Part shown: piece by piece, positions 28,760 through 37,987 of the stretch
How positions within the stretch are numbered: position 1 is the first letter of the stretch
Layout: each line of letters starts with the position of its first letter
Source of the DNA: Chitinophagales bacterium
GTDB taxonomy: Bacteria; Bacteroidota; Bacteroidia; Chitinophagales; UBA8649
Assembly: GCA_020635975.1 (NCBI GenBank)
Contig: JACJYT010000002.1
Location: 301,540 to 365,539 of the forward strand
Direction: 5' to 3'
Length of the DNA: 64,000 bases
Notes under the pieces: generated by a model
What the model saw: only the letters and a program-made list of their open reading frames with translations
Told to the model about the DNA's origin: nothing
The model's database searches: none
Made by a program: the position numbers and the translations under genes

Positions 28760-29458
28760 TTAAACCGTGCATGCCATAGTAAGAATACTAAGTTTGGTTC
28801 CTTCTACAAGAAGAATTTCTTTACCGCAAGCCTCTAAAGTTGCTCCAGTGGTTAGGATATCATCTATTAGAAGAACATGCTTCTCTTTTATTTTTTCTCC
28901 GTTTTTTAAGCAAAAAATTTGTTCTACGTTTTCCCATCTACTTAATCTGCTTTTTTTGGTTTGGCTCGAATTGTTTTGGGTGCGTATAATAATTTCAGAG
29001 TAGAAGGGGAGCTTCCATTGTTTGCTTAATTCTTGAGAAAAACGAGTACATTGATTGTACGATCTTAGTTTTAATTTTTGTTTGTGGAGAGGAACGCAAA
29101 CTATAGCTTCATAAGGAATTGAACGCTTGGCTTCTTTAAATTTATCGCATAAGATTTGAGCAAGTTTGACACCAACATCCTGTTCTCCGCGATACTTTAG
29201 ATTATGCATAAGTTCTTGGGTTTTGGAGGCTTTTTCGAAATAAAGTAGACTATAAATTTCTTCAATTTTCAAACGTCCCCAGAAAATTTTTTCCAGAGGA
29301 TTACTAGAGATTTGATGAAAATTAGTGTAGGGAAGCTTAAATATACAGCTACTACAAATACAAGATTCTTGCAAGGCTAGAACTTGTTTGCAAGCCGCAC
29401 ATAGAGAAGGAAAAGTTAGTTGAAACAATGCGCGTAAATAATCTAAGATTTTATTCAT
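28760..29458 (-). CDS. ComF-family phosphoribosyltransferase-domain protein
   Basis: N-terminal Cys pairs (CAAC...CSSC) and the C-terminal PRTase motif VLLIDDILTTGATL. Confidence 0.8.
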   Translation of the reverse strand: MNKILDYLRALFQLTFPSLCAACKQVLALQESCICSSCIFKLPYTNFHQISSNPLEKIFWGRLKIEEIYSLLYFEKASKTQELMHNLKYRGEQDVGVKLAQILCDKFKEAKRSIPYEAIVCVPLHKQKLKLRSYNQCTRFSQELSKQWKLPFYSEIIIRTQNNSSQTKKSRLSRWENVEQIFCLKNGEKIKEKHVLLIDDILTTGATLEACGKEILLVEGTKLSILTMACTV

Positions 29459-29656
29459 TTTACAAAACTTGGCTTTCTTCCGTAAAGTAATTGCTAAAGT
29501 TTTCTTGTTTAGCTTTAGACTTTGTAGAACTAGCTTTTGACTTAGAATTTCTTCGAGAAGAGAAATGTATTGCGGTACATTTTGCTATTTCCCTCATAAA
29601 AAAACTTAAAGGAATTCAAAAAATATAAGGCCTCGTAATTTTAGCAGTTTATTTCG

Positions 29657-29664
29657 TATCTTTG
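29657..29664 (+). promoter_or_regulatory. -7 promoter box TATCTTTG upstream of 29729 gene
   Basis: TAnnTTTG match in the context GTATCTTTGCGC, 64 nt before the ATG. Confidence 0.45.
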
Positions 29665-29728
29665 CGCTTCTATTTTAACTATAATTTAAGTTAGAACAGC
29701 GTAGGTAATTAAATTCCCCGAAGTAGAT

Positions 29729-30541
29729 ATGAGTAAAAAAAGAGTATTAATTATTACCCAAGAAATGAAACCTTATATAGATTTAACTGATATTTCTAAT
29801 ATTGTTTCAGGCTTGCCAACTAAATTACAAGAACAAAACTTAGAAATTAGAGTGCTAATGCCTCGATTTGGAGTAATAAATGAAAGAAGACATCGTTTAC
29901 ATGAAGTGGTTCGCTTGAGTGGAATTAATGTGGTTGTTAACGATGAGGATTACCCTTTAATAATTAAAGTGGCTTCTTTGCCAGGGGCCCGACTACAGGT
30001 TTATTTCCTGGATAACGATGACTATTTCCATAGAAAGCAAATTTTTCAGGATAAGGAAGGAAAGAATTTTGACGATAATTCGGAAAGAATGATGTTTTTT
30101 GCCTTAGGAGCTATAGATATTGTTCGCAAGTTTGGCTGGGCGCCTGATGTTATTCATTGCCATGGTTGGATGACGAGTTTGCTTCCGCTTCTTTTAAAAA
30201 CACAGTACAAAACAGAGCCAATTTTTGAGCATGCTAAAGTGGTATTTTCTGCGTATCAGGAAGAAAGTTTTGAAGGTCCATTATGTGAAGATTTTAAAAG
30301 TTTTGTTTTAGAGAACACCGATGTTTCAGAAGAAGATTTGGCTTCTTTTGGCACAAGTACAGAAAATGAGTTGAACATTGGAGGAATGCAGTTTGCAGAC
30401 GCCATTACTATGGGAAGTGAAGAAATTGCTGAAGAGGTTCAAGCACATTTTGATGCATCTGAATTACCGAAATTAGCTTATACAAATGAAACGGATATTT
30501 TAATTGAATATGCAAAGTTTATCAAGAATCTTACTGTTTAG
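29729..30541 (+). CDS. glycogen/starch synthase-like protein (GT5 N-terminal domain only, 270 aa)
   Basis: MPRFG and IHCHGWMTSLLP motifs of the starch-synthase catalytic (GT5) domain. The protein ends before any GT1 C-terminal domain. Confidence 0.7.
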   Translation: MSKKRVLIITQEMKPYIDLTDISNIVSGLPTKLQEQNLEIRVLMPRFGVINERRHRLHEVVRLSGINVVVNDEDYPLIIKVASLPGARLQVYFLDNDDYFHRKQIFQDKEGKNFDDNSERMMFFALGAIDIVRKFGWAPDVIHCHGWMTSLLPLLLKTQYKTEPIFEHAKVVFSAYQEESFEGPLCEDFKSFVLENTDVSEEDLASFGTSTENELNIGGMQFADAITMGSEEIAEEVQAHFDASELPKLAYTNETDILIEYAKFIKNLTV

Positions 30542-31790
30542 ATCGCTCCTTGTTTTTGGTGCTTTAATGTTGTTTAGTCAATGTCAGAAAGATCCAAGTG
30601 TGGCGGGTCCAGACAACGGAGATTTTTTAGAGCGCATAGATACTTTGGCTCCAGAAGCTTATACAGTATTAATAGATGCAGAGAATGCAAAAAATCAAAA
30701 TGATGTTGCCTTAGGAAAGGTGGTTGATTCTCGATTTGGAACCAGTATGGCTTCCTTTTATAGTCAGCTGCGTTTAACAACAAATTCTTTTACACCCGGA
30801 GCAAATGCGGTTTTAGATTCTGCAGTTTTGGTTATAGCTATTGAAAGTGTTTATGGCAACATGGATATTCCTTTAGATATCGAGGTATATCGTTTGGAGG
30901 AAGAACTGGTTAGTGAAACTAGCTATACTAACGATTTAAGTTTAAGTGTTGGCTCAACTTTGATTGGTGCTTTAGATGCTTACACCTATCCAGACGATGC
31001 CGCAAGTATTAGAATTCCAATGAGCGCTGCTTTTGCCTCAGAGTTGTTTGGTTTGTTTGGAACTAGCACTACAGAAAGTTCAGATAATTTTCTAGCCTAT
31101 TTAGAGGGTATTTATGTTAGCATAGACCCAGCCACAGGTGGCGACGGACATTTAGATTTAGATCTTACTAATGCTAATTCAGCTTTGAATTTGTATTTTA
31201 GATCCGATAATGCAAACGATTCTATTTACTCTTTCGTGATGGATGAGCAAGCTATTCGCTTGAATAAGTACGAACATGATTTCTCGTCTAGCGAGCTTCA
31301 AGCGGCTATAGATGATCCAAGCACTAATGAAGAAAATATACTTTTGAGTGGTTTTGGAGTTTCAAAAGCTAGAGTTTATCTACCAGATTTAAGTGTGCTG
31401 CAAGGCAAGATAATCAACCAAGCTAAATTGAGTTTTTATCAAACAGATTACAATCAAGCACTAGCCAATGAATTTGATGTACCTGAATATTTGTTTTTGT
31501 CTGGTGGAATTGAAGGCGATTCTATACAATACACACTAACGGATTACTCAAGTACAGATCCTACTGCTTACGGTGGAACCATACAACTGAAAGAAGTGAA
31601 CGGAAGTTTTACCAATGTTTATACTTACAGCCTCCCAAGGTTTATTCAAAGAGTAGTAAATGAAGAAACTACTTTAGAATATTTGGTGCTTGAGGTACTC
31701 AATAATAATAATGCTGCCAGAGTGAAGTTAGGTGGCGGTTCTCACCCAGATTTGCCAATTAAATTGGAAATACTTTATACTAAACCCTAA
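30504..31790 (+). CDS. DUF4270-like lipoprotein
   Basis: Lipobox (LMLFSQC). Its position between the GT5-like gene and glmS matches what I recall for DUF4270 in Flavobacteriia (from memory, unverified). The start is ambiguous (30504 or 30510) and overlaps the upstream gene. Confidence 0.5.
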   Translation: MNMQSLSRILLFRSLLVFGALMLFSQCQKDPSVAGPDNGDFLERIDTLAPEAYTVLIDAENAKNQNDVALGKVVDSRFGTSMASFYSQLRLTTNSFTPGANAVLDSAVLVIAIESVYGNMDIPLDIEVYRLEEELVSETSYTNDLSLSVGSTLIGALDAYTYPDDAASIRIPMSAAFASELFGLFGTSTTESSDNFLAYLEGIYVSIDPATGGDGHLDLDLTNANSALNLYFRSDNANDSIYSFVMDEQAIRLNKYEHDFSSSELQAAIDDPSTNEENILLSGFGVSKARVYLPDLSVLQGKIINQAKLSFYQTDYNQALANEFDVPEYLFLSGGIEGDSIQYTLTDYSSTDPTAYGGTIQLKEVNGSFTNVYTYSLPRFIQRVVNEETTLEYLVLEVLNNNNAARVKLGGGSHPDLPIKLEILYTKP

Positions 31791-31801
31791 ATTGATAAGA
31801 T

Positions 31802-33640
31802 ATGTGTGGAATTGTAGCATACATCGGAAATAAAGAAGCTTACCCTATTTTAATAAAGGGCTTGGAGCGCCTCGAGTATCGTGGTTACGATAGTGCTGGC
31901 GTTGCAATTCTTGAATCAGAAATTAAAGTTTTTAAAAGAGCAGGTAAAGTTCAAGAATTAAAGGACTACGCCAGCGGACATAACACTGCCGGAAATATAG
32001 GAATTGGTCATACTCGTTGGGCAACTCATGGTGAACCTAATGAAAGAAATGCGCATCCACATTCTTCATCTGATAGTAATATTGCTATAATTCATAATGG
32101 AATTATTGAGAATTATGCCCCATTGAAAGAAGAGCTTAAAAAACGTGGACATGAATTCTTATCGGATACCGATACCGAAGTTCTTGTTCATCTCATTGAA
32201 GATGTTCAAAAAAACAATAATGTAGATTTGTTTGAGGCGGTAAGGATTGCATTAAATGAAGTAACTGGGGCTTATGCTATCGTGGTCTTATCGAAAGACA
32301 ATCCGAATCAGTTGATTGGAGCAAGAAAGGGTAGTCCGCTTGTAGTGGGAATGGGAAATGAGGAATTTTTTATCGCTTCTGATGCTACACCAATAATTGA
32401 GTATACTAAGAATGTGGTTTATTTGGATGATGAAGAAATTGCATTGATAGATAGATACAACGGACTTAGTATTAAAACCATTGCGAATCAGATTAAGACA
32501 CCTTATGTGCATGAATTGGAAATGCAATTAGAAATGCTTGAAAAAGGAGGATATGAGCATTTCATGCTAAAAGAAATTTATGAACAACCTCGATCTATCT
32601 ATGATAGTATGAGAGGAAGAATAGATAGTAAAAGAGGCGACATATATATGGGTGGGATGTTAGAATATAAGAACGTTCTAACTAATGCCGACAGAATTAT
32701 TATTACAGCTTGTGGTACATCTTGGCACGCGGCTTTAGTTGCAGAGTATTTATTTGAAGATTTAGCTAGAGTACCAGTTGAGGTAGAATATGCATCTGAG
32801 TTTAGATATAGAAATCCAATCATAAACCCAGGCGATGTAGTAATAGCAATTTCTCAATCGGGCGAAACTGCAGATACCTTGGCGGCTATTGAATTGGCAA
32901 AGCAAAAAGGGGCAACTGTTTTTGGAGTATGTAATGTAGTTGGTGCTTCTATTCCACGAGCAACTCATGCCGGTGCCTACACACATGCTGGTCCTGAAAT
33001 AGGTGTTGCTTCTACTAAGGCTTTTACAGCTCAAGTTACAGTACTTATTCAAATGGCACTTTGGTTAGCCTATAATAAAGGAGCTATTAATCAGGCGAAA
33101 TTAGCTAGATATTTAGTAGAATTAGAAGCTATTCCTGCTAAAGTGGAGGAGGCCTTGAAAAGTGCAGAGGAGGTTGAGAAAATGGCAAAAATTATCGCTA
33201 GATCTGAAAATGCGCTCTACTTGGGTCGAGGGTATAATTTCCCTGTTGCTTTAGAAGGGGCTCTTAAATTAAAAGAGATTTCATACATTCACGCGGAGGG
33301 TTATCCTGCGGCTGAAATGAAGCATGGTCCTATTGCCCTAATCGATGAGAATATGCCAGTTGTTGTTTTGGCAACGAAAAATTCTCAATACGATAAAATG
33401 GTAAGTAATATTCAAGAAGTGAAAGCAAGAAAAGGAAAAGTGTTTGCTATAGTTACCAAAGGAGATGTGGAAGTTAAAGCTATGGCAGATAGATGGATTG
33501 AAATTCCTGACTGTCCAGAGGAGTTATCCCCCTTGGTAAGTAGTATTCCTTTGCAACTTTTATCTTACCATGTTGCCCTATTAAGAGATTGTAATGTAGA
33601 TCAGCCAAGAAACTTAGCAAAGAGTGTTACCGTAGAGTAA
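31802..33640 (+). CDS. glmS: glutamine--fructose-6-phosphate aminotransferase (isomerising)
   Basis: MCGIVAYIG N-terminal Cys nucleophile, two SIS domains, and a C-terminal ...NLAKSVTVE. Confidence 0.97.
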   Translation: MCGIVAYIGNKEAYPILIKGLERLEYRGYDSAGVAILESEIKVFKRAGKVQELKDYASGHNTAGNIGIGHTRWATHGEPNERNAHPHSSSDSNIAIIHNGIIENYAPLKEELKKRGHEFLSDTDTEVLVHLIEDVQKNNNVDLFEAVRIALNEVTGAYAIVVLSKDNPNQLIGARKGSPLVVGMGNEEFFIASDATPIIEYTKNVVYLDDEEIALIDRYNGLSIKTIANQIKTPYVHELEMQLEMLEKGGYEHFMLKEIYEQPRSIYDSMRGRIDSKRGDIYMGGMLEYKNVLTNADRIIITACGTSWHAALVAEYLFEDLARVPVEVEYASEFRYRNPIINPGDVVIAISQSGETADTLAAIELAKQKGATVFGVCNVVGASIPRATHAGAYTHAGPEIGVASTKAFTAQVTVLIQMALWLAYNKGAINQAKLARYLVELEAIPAKVEEALKSAEEVEKMAKIIARSENALYLGRGYNFPVALEGALKLKEISYIHAEGYPAAEMKHGPIALIDENMPVVVLATKNSQYDKMVSNIQEVKARKGKVFAIVTKGDVEVKAMADRWIEIPDCPEELSPLVSSIPLQLLSYHVALLRDCNVDQPRNLAKSVTVE

Positions 33641-33682
33641 TTAACGAGTAACTAATAGTTAAGACGTATAACTTTAGTAAAT

Positions 33683-33717
33683 AAAAAAAGGGGAATCTTA
33701 ATTGATTCCCCTTTTTT
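33683..33717. terminator. bidirectional intrinsic terminator
   Basis: GGGGAATC ttaatt GATTCCCC (33690..33711), A7 upstream and T6 downstream. It lies between convergent glmS and the 33737..36427 gene. Confidence 0.85.
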
Positions 33718-33736
33718 ATTTCTGCTTTATGAAATT

Positions 33737-36427
33737 CTATTTCACCATAATATTTGAAGTAGAAACACCTTTAGAAGTATTGATCTTCAAGAAATAGAAA
33801 CCTGAACCTAGGCTAGAAACAGAGATTGAATTATTGTTGGCCCCTTTTGTTAAATTCATATTTTCCAAAAGTACCACTTGACCCAATACATTTACAATTT
33901 CTATGCTTGCCAGTTCATTAAAGTCGTAATCGAAACTAATGTTTAGAACATTGGAAGCAGGGATAGGACTTAGTGTGAAATTATCTAGGTTAAGATCTTG
34001 TATAGCATTCACTATTTCAATATCTGAAGCAAATCTTGGCATAATTTGGTAGCCTTCTGTTCTCGGCGCACTGGAATCGAATTGAGAACCAACACCAGTT
34101 AAATTAAAAGTAACTGCTGTTGTTAAAGGAACAGTAAACAACTCTGCTCTGTCTGCATCCACACGGATATCATAAGTGATTCCAGAAGCAGTTGCGCTAA
34201 CATTATAAGATCCTCCAGAAGAGTTCCAAACGCCATTCAACTTCATGTTTTCAATTTTAATTAGTTCAGCTTCTTGTGCTTCTCCTAGAGCGCTTGCAAC
34301 AATTACTGGACTTAAAGGCGTTGCTGCGCCTAAAGAACTAACATTATCAATATACAATCTAGTTACACCACTAGCTGCTCCAATATTTCCGCTTACTAGA
34401 ACAGAATCTCCAACAATTGGATCGAAAGTGATCATTGAATCTGAAGAATAAGCCCAAATTCCACCTGTTCCATCAGAGAAGGTAAATTCTGTACCATTTT
34501 GAGTTTCTCTAAAATCTGGACTGGTGATAATTCCACGAATTTCAACAACAGTTCCAAGTAAAATAGGATCGCCATTAGCATCCACCTCTGTTAGTTGGGC
34601 GATAGTAAAAGCAGGAGTAACTGTTGTACAAGTATCTTCAACATCGCTTAAAAATCTTGGAATTAACTGGTAGTTGCTTGTATATGGAGTATCCACATCG
34701 TATTGACCAGCTACACCTATTACATTGAATACTCCACAAGGAATATCTGTAGTACTATATAAATCTAAATAATCTCTATCGATTCGTACAATGAAAGTAT
34801 CGTTCACACTTGTAAATACTTCCACATCAAAGCCAGAACTACCCGTGTTTGGTGTCCAATCACTTGGATTTACCATTTGTAAACCGTCTACTCTAATTAA
34901 TGAAGATTCATTTGCTTCATTCGGTTGAGCTGCAGCGGTTGGCATAACCGTGCTTCCTGAGCTTAGCACAGTGATATCTACCAAATCGGTAATTGTAGTA
35001 ACACCAAAACGTTGTCCGATGTATCCTATAACTTCTACAGAATCTCCAACTACTGCTTCATATACTGCTGCTGGTGCATCATAAACCGTAATAGCGCCAG
35101 TTGCATCTTGAATTGAAAATTCAGTGCTATTAAAACCTCTATCTGGGCTATTAACTAAACCGTAAACTTTACATAAAACATTTAAGGAATCCGGCTCTCC
35201 AAGTGCATTAACCGTAGTAACAGTAGCTAGATCGTAAGTCGGAGTTGGTGTATCATCATCGTTTACAGTTAAGGTAAAGATGGAATCTGGTCCAAGGATA
35301 AATCCAGCAGAAGCAGATTGAAGAATAAAAGTGTATATTTCATCTGCCTCAATTAAAGCATCGTCTGTAAGAGTAATGCTAAGTGTAGCAGTAGTACTAG
35401 CAGCAGCAAAATTTACAGTTTGTGTTGTGTAGTTATTAAGGTTTGCAGCATTGCCACTTAATAAAGCAACATCAACATTTCCGCCAGTACTAGCTTGATT
35501 AAGTTTTAAATTAAGTACATAAGTTCCGGCAGCTTCAACAGTAGTAGCAGAAGTAGTAGTGAAGTTTACTATAGTATCCGCTGGCGCTCCGCATAAGCTT
35601 TGGTTTGGATTTAAATCACCATAAGAATTAACCACGGTGCTATCCCAAGAGAAATCTCCATAAGAAGTTCCAAAACCCATTAATTGTAGAGAACCTCCAA
35701 CTGGTTGAATACCGCTTTCATATACTGGAATTTCTTCAGCTACTGTACCACTTAAGGCTCCATTACCTGCTGTCATTACCCCTTCATAACTTAAGAATTG
35801 GATTACAGTAGAAGTACAAGTGTTGTAAAGACCAATTCCATCAGGAGCACCGTTTTGCATGCCGTTAGAAGGAACACCAAACCAAATCGCTCCATAGCCA
35901 CAACCTTCATCGTCAATAGTTCCAGTTAAGCTAATTGAATCGTAAACATTATTGTTGTTGCCATTGTATAAATATACTTTGAAACAGCTTAAGTCCGTTC
36001 CACTTACACCAGCAATTTCAACACCTTCATCCGTATCCACACCTGCATTATCGTAATGAATTTCGTTAATCCATGGCGCAGAGCTTGGAGGAGGCGTTGC
36101 ATTAACTGTGATTGTACCTTTCATACCACCAGCAATGTGGTTGGTACAAATATAGTAGTAAGTTCCTGGGGTATTAAACACTTGGAAACCATTACCACTT
36201 GGTATAGAAAATCCACCATTACCGGTGCTGCCATTAGCATTATAGGTAGCCATGCTAACTTCTAATACAGGATGTGTTGCACCCACCGACCAGGTAACAG
36301 AATCGCCTTGAGAAATAGTTAAATTTGCTGGATTAAATGTCAATCCAGAAGCCGTAATGGTATGATTGGTTGCCAGAGCAAAAAAACCTACCATTAAGAA
36401 AGAAAGTATTGTGTAAATCTTTTTCAT
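33737..36427 (-). CDS. secreted multidomain protein: plastocyanin-like cupredoxin + lamin-tail domain (LTD) + Calx-beta-like + two ~210-aa OB-like modules + T9SS C-terminal domain
   Basis: Signal peptide.
- Cupredoxin: H52...YYYIC94TNH97IAGGM102KGTITV, with type-1 copper ligand spacing C-x2-H-x4-M.
- LTD: WINEIHYDNAGVDTDEGVEIAG.
- Calx-beta-like: TLSITLTDDALIEADEIYTFIL.
- T9SS tail: LSPIPASNVLNISF...GSGFYFLKINT...IMVK.
- No nuclease catalytic domain seen. Confidence 0.75.
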   Translation of the reverse strand: MKKIYTILSFLMVGFFALATNHTITASGLTFNPANLTISQGDSVTWSVGATHPVLEVSMATYNANGSTGNGGFSIPSGNGFQVFNTPGTYYYICTNHIAGGMKGTITVNATPPPSSAPWINEIHYDNAGVDTDEGVEIAGVSGTDLSCFKVYLYNGNNNNVYDSISLTGTIDDEGCGYGAIWFGVPSNGMQNGAPDGIGLYNTCTSTVIQFLSYEGVMTAGNGALSGTVAEEIPVYESGIQPVGGSLQLMGFGTSYGDFSWDSTVVNSYGDLNPNQSLCGAPADTIVNFTTTSATTVEAAGTYVLNLKLNQASTGGNVDVALLSGNAANLNNYTTQTVNFAAASTTATLSITLTDDALIEADEIYTFILQSASAGFILGPDSIFTLTVNDDDTPTPTYDLATVTTVNALGEPDSLNVLCKVYGLVNSPDRGFNSTEFSIQDATGAITVYDAPAAVYEAVVGDSVEVIGYIGQRFGVTTITDLVDITVLSSGSTVMPTAAAQPNEANESSLIRVDGLQMVNPSDWTPNTGSSGFDVEVFTSVNDTFIVRIDRDYLDLYSTTDIPCGVFNVIGVAGQYDVDTPYTSNYQLIPRFLSDVEDTCTTVTPAFTIAQLTEVDANGDPILLGTVVEIRGIITSPDFRETQNGTEFTFSDGTGGIWAYSSDSMITFDPIVGDSVLVSGNIGAASGVTRLYIDNVSSLGAATPLSPVIVASALGEAQEAELIKIENMKLNGVWNSSGGSYNVSATASGITYDIRVDADRAELFTVPLTTAVTFNLTGVGSQFDSSAPRTEGYQIMPRFASDIEIVNAIQDLNLDNFTLSPIPASNVLNISFDYDFNELASIEIVNVLGQVVLLENMNLTKGANNNSISVSSLGSGFYFLKINTSKGVSTSNIMVK

Positions 36428-36496
36428 AGGAAAATTTTATTTCCTACAAAGATAAGCACTTCTTTTAGAATGCTAGTAAAGAAATTATTATCTATT

Positions 36497-37930
36497 CTAC
36501 TTAAGATGAATTTTACTCATATAATTGCCATTAGTAGTTTGAATCTCAATTAAATAGAGTCCCTTAGAAAAAGAGTCCAAATAGATAACATTTTTTATTC
36601 TACTAAGGTCTTTTAATTCTTTTCCAGAATAATCAAACATTTTAACGGCAATAATCGACTCGCTATCTAGGTCTTGAATGTATAGTGTGCCATTGCTAGG
36701 ATTAGGATATACGAAGTTGCCATAATTCATTATGGGCGACTCTTTAATACCTACTTCTATTATAACATTGCAAGCTGCTTTTTTAGTTAGATTGGTAAAA
36801 TCTATACAATCTACTAATTGTGGGAAGTCGATAAATGGATTTCTATTTAGTTGCTTTTCGGCAACATACTGATGTCTTGTTTTTTCAAAATCATCTGGTA
36901 AATCTTGATAGTGCCAATCAAGAAGCACTTGAATGTCTTGCAAATTGGCATCTGATAATAGATTGTCTAGGCCCCAATTTTCTCCATACTTGCCATTGTA
37001 AGCCAGCATCATATAGAATACTGCTCTTGCAATATCTCCTTTTCTGTCGCTTCTAGGTTCTGCAACAATGTCGTTGTTCACGTCTCTACCTTTAATAAAC
37101 TCTAAGTACGAATCTGCCCAAGGATTACTAGTAACTATGCCAAAGGGATAATTGCTTCTTGCGCTATTTACATCGTTTTGAACTAGGTCTAAGGAGTGAA
37201 TATCATTTCCTTCAGGAGTAAGTTCAAATTCTGCTCTGGTAATGCCTTGAAAGTTGATCCAAGAAAATGCCATTCTATGTTCTCTACTATAGCTAGGAGC
37301 TGGATTGGTATAAGCAAAGGTGCCGTCGTAAAGTCTTTTTTCGTTGCTGTATTGACAATTCACATATTTTCTACCCACACCTCCAATTACAGTGTCTGTT
37401 TCGTAAAAATCTGCCACTATGGTTTCGTCGAATTGAGCATATTCTATACTCGTATGGGCTTGAATTTTGTTAGTTAATTGTTCAATAACATTACCGGCTG
37501 TGAAATCAATTCCATTGTAATAATTACCATAGCTTGCACTTGGAGTGGTAAAAGAAGAACTAAGTGGATTATCGCTTTTATAGTTAATGTTGAAGCCACT
37601 AGTATTGTAAGCATAAACCGCTACATAATAGGTGTTGTTCTGAAGTAAATTCTTTAGGGAAACGAAGGTACCATTACCAACAGCCACAACTTTTATCGCG
37701 CCAACAACTTCTCCTTTTATATAATTGACATTATCTACAGGAGAAAAACTGATTGGAGTTTGACTTGCTACCACTAAATAGCCATCTGCAGAACTTGAAG
37801 TAAAAGAGACATTCGTTCTATAAGTTTTTAAACCTGAAAAGTTCAAAGCACTTGGTTGATTGCTAGGTTCCGTTTGCGAAAAAGATACAAAAGATATTAG
37901 ACAGAATAAAATGAAAAACGCGTACTTCAT
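36497..37930 (-). CDS. extracellular endonuclease I family protein with T9SS C-terminal domain
   Basis: Signal peptide. Endonuclease I motifs are SREHRMAFSW, HSLDLVQNDVNSARSNYPFG, KGDIARAVFYM and NRNPFIDFPQL. The T9SS tail is VYPNPSNGTLYIQD...KGLYLIEIQT...KIHLK. Confidence 0.85.
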   Translation of the reverse strand: MKYAFFILFCLISFVSFSQTEPSNQPSALNFSGLKTYRTNVSFTSSSADGYLVVASQTPISFSPVDNVNYIKGEVVGAIKVVAVGNGTFVSLKNLLQNNTYYVAVYAYNTSGFNINYKSDNPLSSSFTTPSASYGNYYNGIDFTAGNVIEQLTNKIQAHTSIEYAQFDETIVADFYETDTVIGGVGRKYVNCQYSNEKRLYDGTFAYTNPAPSYSREHRMAFSWINFQGITRAEFELTPEGNDIHSLDLVQNDVNSARSNYPFGIVTSNPWADSYLEFIKGRDVNNDIVAEPRSDRKGDIARAVFYMMLAYNGKYGENWGLDNLLSDANLQDIQVLLDWHYQDLPDDFEKTRHQYVAEKQLNRNPFIDFPQLVDCIDFTNLTKKAACNVIIEVGIKESPIMNYGNFVYPNPSNGTLYIQDLDSESIIAVKMFDYSGKELKDLSRIKNVIYLDSFSKGLYLIEIQTTNGNYMSKIHLK

Positions 37931-37987
37931 AGTTGGATTAATGGTTTTTTGCTTTTCAAAGATAGTTATTCAGTGTAAAATATGTAG

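Noticed and set aside
29460-29597. A 45-codon minus-strand ORF, MREIAKCTAIHFSSRRNSKSKASSTKSKAKQENFSNYFTEESQVL, ending 1 nt before the ComF start.
   Set aside because: It is a low-complexity Ser/Lys-rich peptide with no recognisable family, in AT-rich DNA where such ORFs arise by chance. The tight spacing to comF is suggestive but not sufficient. It would need conservation or Ribo-seq support.
31791-31801. A glmS ribozyme upstream of glmS.
   Set aside because: Only 11 nt separate glmS from the preceding gene, so there is no room for the ~170-nt ribozyme.
32288-33052. Shadow ORFs inside well-supported genes: 32288..33052 (-) within glmS, 41409..41963 and 42688..42982 within pnp, 39784..40181 (-) within accD, 44144..44488 (-) within rpe, and 22168, 23232, 24029, 24503, 16401, 17787, 18316, 34245, 36056, 36835, 37196 and others.
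   Set aside because: All lie antisense or out of frame within ORFs that carry clear family motifs. Their peptides are low-complexity with no motifs.
33737-36427. Calling the LTD protein itself an ExeM/NucH-type extracellular nuclease.
   Set aside because: The N-terminal LTD and OB-like layout fits, but I see no endonuclease/exonuclease/phosphatase (or other) catalytic domain between the OB-like modules and the T9SS tail. The length is fully accounted for by the non-catalytic domains.
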